A stretch of DNA of 64,000 nt, taken from assembly GCA_951406725.2 (NCBI GenBank), contig OX597825.1, forward strand, positions 51,274,001-51,338,000, given 5' to 3'. Both the position numbers and the translations under genes were made by a program. Position 1 is the first letter of the stretch. Each line of letters starts with the position of its first letter. Of this stretch, positions 54,255 to 64,000 are shown piece by piece. This stretch comes from Octopus vulgaris (Eukaryota). Under the pieces are notes generated by a model. It had not been told where the DNA came from, searched no databases, and was given only the letters and a program-made list of their open reading frames with translations.

Positions 54255-55620
54255 AATGCATCAGTGCAATCTTTGCAATAAAAGTTTTATTGATCAGACG
54301 GGCCGCCGGTTGGCCGACCGATTCACCGATCACCTATGAGACGTTCGTCTACGTAAGAACACCCCGTCTCTCGTCATTTTCGCTTGACCGACCACTCAAC
54401 CTCAGATCTCACCGTCTTCGGCTTTGCCCTACACCACGGATCCACCAACTCTACACTCCGCCTGAAACAGTGTTGCATTTTCACTCTACGTACTGAAACT
54501 CCTTTCGGAATCCACACAAACTCCTTCCTTCTGCGACTTACCTCACACACACTTTACTCATTTTTATTCGCGTATTTCTTTTTATAGATTTTTAATAAAT
54601 TCTTAATAAATCTTATTTATTTCTGTTAATGATTCTATTTCTGTTATTGAATTTTTTTCTGTTAGTGATTTATACACTTTTATTTATTAATTTCTTTTAT
54701 TATTACTAATTTTCATTTTCAGTATATTATTACTAGTTTTCATTACATATTTGTATTATTTGCATCATTTATTTTATATTTAATTTTCACTATTTATTTG
54801 TATTATTGTTTTTATATTCTTATACCACAAACCACACCCACACACCCACACACATGCCCGCACACATAATACCCACACACTTGGCCACACCAACGCACTC
54901 ACAAACACACATGCACACATACACGCAGATACATACAATTCCGCACACAATTATACCCACAAAGACACACATGCATCACCCCCACACACGCACCCATGCA
55001 CATGTACACACACATATACATATTCCCATTTCATGTGGGAATGTGTATGTATGTGTTGGCACACATGCCAACACATAAACACACAGCCACACACCCATAT
55101 ATCCACTTCAGACTGCTCTGCTTCTCAATCACTATTGTCCCTCCCAACTACACACACACACAAACACACTACGTCCGCATTCACAAACACACACATACAG
55201 AGTTAACACCACACACGCACAAAACGCACACGCATACAGTTACCACTATATGGACACACACTACTAGCCACAGATGCTCACACAATTACTGCCACACACA
55301 CGTTACCATACATCATACGCTACCACACACACACACACATACAAATAAGGACTATTTTCACAATTTCCTGTCCCAGAAAGCACCTTCTCTCCAATCCTTC
55401 TACTTCCGGTCACTCGTGATTGATGCAACCACACGTGATTGATGATTTTCCTCCTTCGTCTTGGACGTTCCTGTTTTTCCTGATTCCGAAGAAGAGCTAT
55501 GCTCGAAATGTAAAGCTACTACTCTTTTTCCTCTCTCAGCGTCTTATTAATACATTGCTTGTGCTAGTCCACACGTTTGTTTGTTCTTTACTTTTTCTTT
55601 ATCTATGCTTTTTTAATTGA
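54255..55620 (+). mobile_element. PLE 3' fragment (GIY-YIG relic, CA-rich tract, hammerhead relic)
   Basis: FIDQTGRRLADRFTDH is homologous to 30590-30650; same layout as 29490-31830; motif ccgaaga-a-gagc-tat-gctc-GAAA-tg-TA at 55486-55512. Confidence 0.7.
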
Positions 55621-55905
55621 TTATATATATAATATGTCCATATATAAACAGATACAGATATACATAGACAGATAAAGGGACAAATAGTTGGATATTTGTA
55701 GATATTCATGTAATATACATATTCATATGTATTCACAGAAACACAAATACATATATTTCTGTACATATATATATATTTGAATATGCACACACATATTTAT
55801 ACATAAACTCACACACACGCGCGCACATATATACACATTTGAACATATATGCATTCGCACGCACACACATATACATACATACATACTTATGTATGCTTCC
55901 ATTTG

Positions 55906-55964
<59 letters not shown>

Positions 55965-56390
55965 ATAAAGCAGAACCAGAGAATGTAAGGATCAAACGGG
56001 TTATTACAATAAGGGTGTTATTTCCAACAGGATAAACAGAGAAGTGAAGGATTGATGGCCAACACAATAAACAGGAGGATGTAAAGCAGATAAAACATCC
56101 AGCATTGAATGTCAAATACAAAGCAACTTATCTCTGCAGACTTCTCTTTTAGAAGCGAAGTCTTTGAAACGATTGTAAATTGTAAAGATCCGACTTAAAA
56201 GCATTTCCAATCTTACATGTTGTTAGACGGTGGGACAATTGTGGCACAATTGCTTTATGAATTAACATGTGTGTGTGTGTATGGGTTTGTGTATGATTGA
56301 GTATGTGTGTGTATGCGTGTGCTTACGAGTTTAGATACTATCATAGATGTGCATTTATTATAAAGCACATGCACGTGTGCATATATATAA

Positions 56391-56461
<71 letters not shown>

Positions 56462-58738
56462 TATATGCATACATATATATATATACATATATAAATATAA
56501 GTATGTTAAATATGTGATATATGTACTATATATATACACGTATTTATATATTTATATGTAACATACATGCAAAACACACCCTTATGCATGTGTATATGTG
56601 TATGCGTGCACTCACCCATATAATACGTATGTATGTATCCTTCTTCTAAGACGCATATATAGTATGTGTGATACATTGCACACATGAGATCGTGAGTGTG
56701 TGAACGTACGTAAAAATGTGCATTTTGTTAATGTGAATTGATGAGACTGACTGTAGTAAACCCGATGTGCCATATTACACCCCAGCATATTATTTTGATG
56801 TTTATATATGAAATGAAATTTGTTGAGAGTGTAATGTTCTATTTCGGCTCCGTTTTCCAATGTTTGGCAGAGACGAGACACACCTCTGGAGACTATTCCA
56901 GCTAATGGTCCCCACAAACCGTACAATCACTCGGAGTGTTACGTGACTGGATGCACCACGATTCATGTTGGAATCTTTGAAATAAATGGGAAAGTGAAAA
57001 ATAATAAAGTAAATTAATTTTTCCTTTATTCTTGTATAAAAGATAGACAATTAACACCTTATTTTTTTCTTTACTGGTTTTATTTCTTGTAAAAATTGTG
57101 TTCCCTCGCAGAGATTCTTACTTAGAATTTAAGTAAAATAATTACATACTGAGTAAATCATTTATTCAGTTTCTCCATTTCTGCCACACCACTTCGCGTT
57201 CCCGTTTTAATTTTCTCTAGTTTTAATTTCCTCTACTAAGCCGAAATATTTCTATTTTCACTCAAATTATACTAACGTTTTACGTGAGAGAGATGCGTAT
57301 AATTATATACAGGTTTGTTTGTTATTTTGAAAGTGACGTTCACGTCGTAGCAACCGAGAAAGATACGAATCTAGTAAAAGATTTTGTATTTGAAAGAATG
57401 GGCTACGTACTCCTCAGCCACACACAATATCTTCACTTGTAAGACTAAAATCAACAATACTGAGCAAATACAGAATGCAAAAGATTTCAAAATAATTGAA
57501 GCCTCTATGGTCCATATAATTCCATGTATCCTGATATGTGTTCTAGACTGTTAAATATCATATAAGATGTTACTTCTTGATCTTCATCTATAACTCACAA
57601 AAGCGCTTGTTACTAATTGCACGTATTCCGATGTAGACCTGCTGCCGCTTTCATAGGAATTGAAATGAGGAATGTTATTTCTCTCATGCAACATTTCGAT
57701 AAAATGTGAACATGTCACTATCATAAAGATAAACACGCCTAAACGTAAGTATCTAGGCGCATACTTAGGTACGCTCTGTTGCACACTGACATCACTGGAT
57801 TACATACACACACATAGAAAGATTCATACATCGATACAAGCATACATACATACGTTCATTCCTTAATATATACGTACGTACATCCATCCATCCATACATA
57901 ATACATACTAACATACATACATACATACATGCATACATACATACTTACAAAAACACGAACAAACGCAGGGATTATTAGAGGAACGTTCTCATTGAAACTT
58001 CTAGCAAATACAAACATATCGGGCTGCTTATATGTGTTTGGGACAGGGAAGCAAAAATTATTTACCGTCATAAAGGTCAGCTGCTCTTCTAATGGGAATA
58101 TCTCTTAGTAAAGCTAAGAGAAAAAGGATAACTTCAGATAGCTGCTTTGAAATATTTGTCATTTATACCCGGATTATAAATTCACATTTATACCAATAAC
58201 ATTTGGAGCACTTGGTATCGTTGATAAATGCTTCATTGTGAATTTTCAAAAGTAGGTTTTACAGAAAACGAAATCACCAACTGACACGTACATGATAAAT
58301 ATGATCTATAAACGGAATAGTAAAGATAAGTTCATTATGCGACATTGGTTTTGTAATCTACGTCCTAACGATGTAGCTTTCTGTCGTTGTAATAAACTTG
58401 TCCCTTCCATACAGAAAGTCTTCAAATTTTTAAAAGTAAATGAGCACACACACACACACACACACACACAAACACTCCCACGCACACACTCTCACACACA
58501 CACATTCTTTTACACTCCAGTAATCTTAACTAAATTCGAATGAAAGAGACCTGTTTCTCAACCACAGACGTGTCTTCATCTATTGTTGACAATTTGGTAG
58601 CTAAAAGAAAGAAAATATCTACATACAGTCCTACGGATACATAGAATAAGTAGTGATAAATTTACGTGGGCTTACATATATTTTAGACACACCCACCAAA
58701 CACCCACACAGCCACACACACACACACAAACATACACA

Positions 58739-59971
58739 GACAGGTCAGAAGTAAATAGAATCATTTATAATCGTTCAAATGTATTTAAATCTGAAATTAA
58801 ATATTCAAATTATTTATTATTATGATGAGAATATCTAATATTCAGTAGACATGCTCTTTGCATTTTTCAATTCAAGGACCCTACTAAGAATGCTGCTAAT
58901 CAAATAACGAATATTCTCTTGAAGAATTTCTTGCCAAGTTTTATGCAATGATCTCAAAAGATCAGGTTTTGAAGATGCTTTTTTGTTCTTTTTACTAAGT
59001 GTCCTGTCAATTATACCTCAGAAGTGTTCAAAGGGGTTTATTGAAGTGGCTTTGTCATGGAAGCTTTTTAATGCCGTTTTCTTCCGAACAATCTTGAGTC
59101 TTCTCAGCCACGTGACAAGGAGCCTCATCTTCCATAAATGAAGAGTCTTCTTCAATCATTTCACCACTAGAGAAGATTCGGAGGAGTCATTTCTGCGGTA
59201 TGGGCACCTATTTATGAGTTTATATTTCCTTCACACGCCAACAGCTCTGATCGACAATTTGCTCAAAACTGCTCTCTAGATCACGATAGAATAGCCTCTG
59301 TGTTTCATTGTTGGCTGCAATCTTTTCATCTCAATTTCTTGATCACAGAGTCTCTAGACCCACACTCGACCACTGTCAGAAAATACAACAAACCTGAACA
59401 CTACATATAATGACAGTGTCACAAAATGCTAGTGTCCTCTCCACTGTCTCAATGGCTCTATCTTTTCTTTGCTTGATATTAGCTAGTCGAAGAAGTGGGT
59501 TCCTTCTTGTTGCTCTACTATAGTAGCCAAGTTTGTGGAAGTAACTAACAGCTGTTCTGAGACTGACATTAACCTGTTTTGCTATGTCAGAGGCCTTTCA
59601 ACGAGGAGTATCCTCCACACTTTTCTTAACAAAGAGAAGGATCCTGTCAGGGGGCTCTGGTCGACCTAGGCGATGTGATCTGCACTCCTTACCCTCTCTG
59701 GTGAATAGCACAATCACTCTATTAAGTGTAAGAAGCCGGATCCCAAGGTTTTCTGCGAGTTTACGCGAAGCCCACCTTCAGATTGACCCACAATACGGCC
59801 TCTTTGTAATTTGGTCAGTTCCAAGGTTTTTTTCGTACGTAGCAAAATAAAATAAGTTTTATATAGAACCCGAAACATTAACAAATCAATTAATAAGAAA
59901 TATACACCTTTGCAAGTGAAAAGAAACACAAACCCATGCTTTATAGGATGTCTATTTACTTCTGCCATGTG
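58739..59971 (-). mobile_element. Decayed Tc1-family transposon
   Basis: TIR cores cagaagtaaataga (58746-58759) and tctatttacttctg (59951-59964); ELTKLQRGRIVGQSEGG (HTH start) and MEDEAPCHVA (second-Asp motif) on the minus strand; about 1.23 kb. Confidence 0.75.
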
Positions 59972-59984
59972 TGTGTGTGTGTGT

Positions 59985-61258
59985 GTATGTAGCCATGGCT
60001 TTGTAATAAGAACCTTGATTTTCGACCAAATGATCCTGCGTTCAGTGCCACTGCATGGCACCTTCATTTAGTGTCTTCTGCTATAGTCTCTGGCCGACCA
60101 AAACCTTGTGAGTGAATTTGGTAGAAGTAAGCTGAAAGAAGCCCGTTGTATATACGAGGTGATATCAAAGAGCTCCCGGACTAGTTATGATTCATATCAT
60201 CTACTTCGAAATAAACACGCTGTGCAGCAATTCATCGGTTCCAGCGTTCCTTCCACTTTTGGTATCCGGCCAAAAATAGTTCTCCGTTAGCGAGTCAAGG
60301 ACCTTCTGCGATTAGCTCTTGATCTTTACAACACTGCTAAAACGATGACTTTTGTGCTGTATTTTCTTCGTGGCAAAGAGATAGAAGTCCGCAGGTGCTA
60401 AACCATGCGAATAGGGTGGATGCGGAAACGATACAATGTTTTTGGCGAGAACCTCACAAGTCAGTAGGGCTCGATGACTGGGTACATTATTGTCATGAAG
60501 AATCCAGAAGTTAGAATTGCCTGCACGGACTCATACGACAGACAAAAAACATCAACAAAGTCGTTGATTGTTTGCCGACGATCTTCATGCACAAGCTGAT
60601 GAATTTTCTCCACAATTCCGGGGGGTTCACGTTCGTGGAAGGTTTTCCAGATCGCTCATCGTCTTCCAGGGGTGTTCTTCCGATTTTGCAGCCCCTGTGC
60701 CACTTGAAACATTGCGTACGACCCATTGCTTGGTGGCAGTAATTTTAATGTATCCTACTCAATGTTTCTCTAGCAGATTTCCCAAGTTTTCCATAAAATT
60801 CCAGGTACGTTCTTTCCACCACTTTCCTGTCCATGGCAAACGTTCCAGACTACCGCATACATGTGATCACAAAAATACACAATTCACAACTTGCGTAGTT
60901 AACACAGCAATGTCACTCGGCACAGTCCCATGAAGGTGCCTGCTTGCTCTCACTGCGCACGCAATCATGTGCTGTCATCTGTTGGCGCGCTACAGAATAA
61001 CTTTGGGAACTTGTTGATACCACCTCGTATATATGTGTGTGTGTGTGTGTTTGTATATTTGTGTCTGTTTGTCCCCCATCACCGCTTGACATCCGGTGGT
61101 GGGATGTTTACGTACTCTGCATCGTAGCGATTCAGCAAACCAGTCCGATAGTATAAGAACCTGGCTTCAAAAAGTAATAAGTCCCGGTTTCATTCTGTTC
61201 GACTAAAACCTTTCTAGGTGGTACTCCAGCAAGCCGCAGTCAAATGACTGTAAAAAGT
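59985..61258 (+). mobile_element. SINE family A split by a mariner insertion (59985-60152 and 61030-61258)
   Basis: 5' half (gttcagtgccactgcatggcacc...gaaagaagcccg) and 3' half (accgcttgac...gccgcagtcaaatgactg) are collinear with the 11.3-kb copy. Confidence 0.8.
60155..61027 (-). mobile_element. Internally deleted mariner element
   Basis: TIRs cgaggtgatatcaaagagctccc and gggaacttgttgataccacctcg with TA on both sides; minus-strand FKWHRGCKIGRTPLEDDERSGKP, ILHDNN and PYSHGLAPADFYLF (YSPDLAP-like). Confidence 0.88.
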
Positions 61259-62591
61259 ATATACACATACAAATCTCTCATCTCCATTGCGACCTGTTGG
61301 CCATGGACCAAATGTTCAGTCCCATCACCACCAAATAACCTTGAAAGCATATACTTGAGTGCTGAATCAGAAGGCAGAAATAGCAATAAGTATGAAGATT
61401 TCAATAGTAGTGAAGGTGGAAAACCTCAATTAGTGAAGCAGAGTGAATAACAGTATTAAATTATCTTTTTGATAAAGTTAGGACTCGCCAAGTTGTCAGC
61501 AGAGCTTTTAAGTTCATGACTTAATTACAATAATCTTTTAGCTCGTCGCATATCATTCTATTGCCATCGTGACCTTGAGAAATAATTTTATTTGCTCCAT
61601 ATTTCGCACAAGAAAAAGATTTGATTTATTGTACCTGATATTTCTACCTTCTGACTCACAACTCAAGTATTTTAAAATGAGATGGGTGAAGATAAAGATT
61701 AGCTTTCTCCTAAGTTAGATCTCTTAGCGGATAATTAGCGGCGCTGGCACTGCTGACCCATCAGCCCACGTCATAGTATACATGCATGTAGGTGTACATG
61801 TACATACGCGCAACTACCTTTCGTATATATAGGTAGTGATATATGTAGACGTGCGTATGTTTATGTGGATGTTCATGACCATGGATGCGCGCATGCGTCT
61901 TTGGGAATTCAGGCATATTTGTGTACACACATACAAAGTGGTGTCTACATGCTATAAAAGCGCGCTTGGACCATGGCATGTGACATTGTGTTGCGTGTAT
62001 GCGTGTGACCGCGCGCGCGACTATGCCTGTTGACACTCCGGGTGTGAAGTTTGTATGTGTTTATGTGCGTGGGAGGATTGCTGTATATGTGTACATGTAC
62101 GGTAACGTAGAATAATGGACAGCAGTACCAACGCTGCCGATTATTCGCCAGCCAGACTTTACGTTCACCTATCTCAGTTTAATATTTATGACAGCTATAT
62201 CTTTTTCCCTTAAAAAAGGAAACTATTTGCTCCTATCCCACCCCACCCTTTCACTCGGCTCTCTTTCTCTTCATTCTTATCATCTCTATACGACTCTCAC
62301 TCCCACATTTTTGACCTCATGCTTCTCTTTTGTACTGCAAAACCATTGTATTTCTTTTTGATGCTATGCTACTGGCCTCGATCTTCCTTTCAATTTATAT
62401 CTGTGGTAAGTTACCTTGGAAATTTCAAACGACAATTAATTAAGGTAATCGCGGATTGATGACTAACTAAGTTTAGCACTCTTGGTTGTGTAACTATTCC
62501 GTCAACGGATCAGCTAGCTAAGAAATGTAGCTTGCATGCGTTCCAATCCCTCAATTGCATGTGTGTGTGAGTGTGCGTGTGTGTGTGCGCG

Positions 62592-62657
<66 letters not shown>

Positions 62658-62754
62658 GGAGTAAACACATAAATGTGAAACAAGGTGGAAAAAAGAGTAC
62701 TCAAATACCAGTGGTAGAGTAATATGCTTTATTTTAAGTAGCAGAAAATTCAAC

Positions 62755-62802
62755 AAAATCTGTTACTCTGAGTTTCTCGTTGCCGTTCATCAGACAGTTT
62801 TT
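62755..62802 (-). ncRNA. Minimal type I hammerhead ribozyme (minus-strand copy)
   Basis: aaaaactgt-CTGATGA-acg-gcaa-cga-GAAA-ctc-a-gag-TA^acagatttt; core intact, short stem II with an A.A closing mismatch, palindromic stem III, predicted cut between 62764 and 62763. Confidence 0.75.
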
Positions 62803-62808
62803 GCTAGC

Positions 62809-62856
62809 AAAAACTGTCTGATGAACGGCAACGAGAATCTCAGAGTAACAGATTTT
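62809..62856 (+). ncRNA. Mirror hammerhead copy with GAAA changed to GAAT
   Basis: aaaaactgt-CTGATGA-acggcaacga-GAAT-ctcagag-TA-acagatttt. Confidence 0.6.
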
Positions 62857-62883
62857 GTTGAATTTTCTGCTGCTTAAAATAAA

Positions 62884-62930
<47 letters not shown>

Positions 62931-62932
<2 letters not shown>

Positions 62933-63817
62933 AGGTGCCTTGAATAAACTGTCATCTAAAACAAAAATAACACTGACATCTCAATTTTAACAGGTATATT
63001 TGCCACCAAAATTACAAAAAATATCTCGAAATACTAAAGAGTAAATTTTTTTTTCAAAAACATGGCACTTGGCTTCAACCACGGTCTCAAGACGACTTTG
63101 AAATCTTCTGCAACTCTTCTAGGCGGTCTCCTTGTTGATGTTATTGAATGCTACAATAACCCTTGCCTTCGGTTCATCTTTGGTGTTACAAGGAGTTTTG
63201 CTGGCCTCTCGCTCAACTGCACCCCACACATAATTATGAAGGAGGTTGCAGTCTGGGGAGTTAGGTAACCAGATGTTAGGGGTGATATGGTCGCAGAAAT
63301 GGTTCCACAGCTATGACTGCGTTCTCCTGATTGTGTGTCATTGTGCAGGGTCCTGTTGCCAGATATAGGGTCTTCCAGCAGCCACCCTCTTCACATAGGG
63401 CAGCGCTTCATCTTCCAGGCACTTGGCGTAGGCCTCCGTGTTGAGTTTGAGGCCGTGAGGGAAGATGAATGGAGGCATAACGTCGCCATCACTAGTGATC
63501 ACTCCAAAGACCATGATGTTGACCGGATGCTTGATTTTTATCACTCTCGGTACATGTCCTCAGAATGCTTTGCCCTCAAATTGAAACCCATACACTCTAA
63601 AATGTTTGCATCGGAGCTTCCGGTGCGAATGCCATGCAGTACTGCATGTCATTTCGAAACATTTGGCAGAGTGCATTGAGTCATACCTGCTGTTCTTCTC
63701 AGAGACGTTGCCCAACTGACCCTACTATACTGTGTAGTCGACAAGATCAAAAAGCAAACAAAACACATGCAGGAAATTAAAAATATAAAGTGGCGACAAT
63801 TTACTCAACACACTCTG
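62931..63817 (-). mobile_element. Internally deleted DD37D (maT) transposon
   Basis: Imperfect TIRs caaggtgccttgaataaactgtc and gacaatttactcaacacactctg; MVFGVITSDG...WQQD, then 37 codons, then H (cat, one change from gat) in NSPDCNLLHNYVWG. Confidence 0.8.
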
Positions 63818-63829
63818 TGTCTGTGTGTG

Positions 63830-63888
63830 TATATATATATATATAGATAGATAGACAGATAGATAATTAGATATATGGACGGACAGAC

Positions 63889-63921
<33 letters not shown>

Positions 63922-64000
63922 TAGATATATAGATAGATAGATAGATAGATATATAGATAGATAGATAGATAGATAGACAGACAGATAGATAGATAGATAG
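63830..64000. repeat. (TA)n/(GATA)n microsatellite
   Basis: Directly visible. Confidence 0.95.

Larger units (their letters stand above)
62722..62889. repeat. Loopless palindrome with 84-bp arms
   Basis: Centre ttgct|agcaa at 62805/62806; three mismatches seen. Confidence 0.95.

Overview
AT-rich, microsatellite-dense eukaryotic non-coding DNA. The SINE families and repeat landscape resemble octopus/cephalopod DNA (inference from recalled repeat motifs, no search run). I find no convincing host protein-coding gene: most ORFs in the track are translated microsatellites. The window is a collection of decayed mobile elements: two Tc1 copies, a mariner nested in a SINE, DD37D/maT elements, a mariner MITE, a Helitron helicase with its 3' end, a near full-length L1/Tx1-like LINE, two R4/Dong-like LINEs beside (TAA)n tracts, CR1 and RTE remnants, several Penelope-like element (PLE) fragments with GIY-YIG domains, and tRNA-derived SINEs. 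The main hidden signal is a set of hammerhead ribozyme motifs. One has an intact core and sits in a short non-coding (TA)n-bounded element (2510-2582). Two lie in opposite orientation in a loopless 168-bp palindrome (62722-62889). Several decayed motifs lie at PLE ends. There are also several fold-back duplications. All structures were paired by eye; activity is untested.
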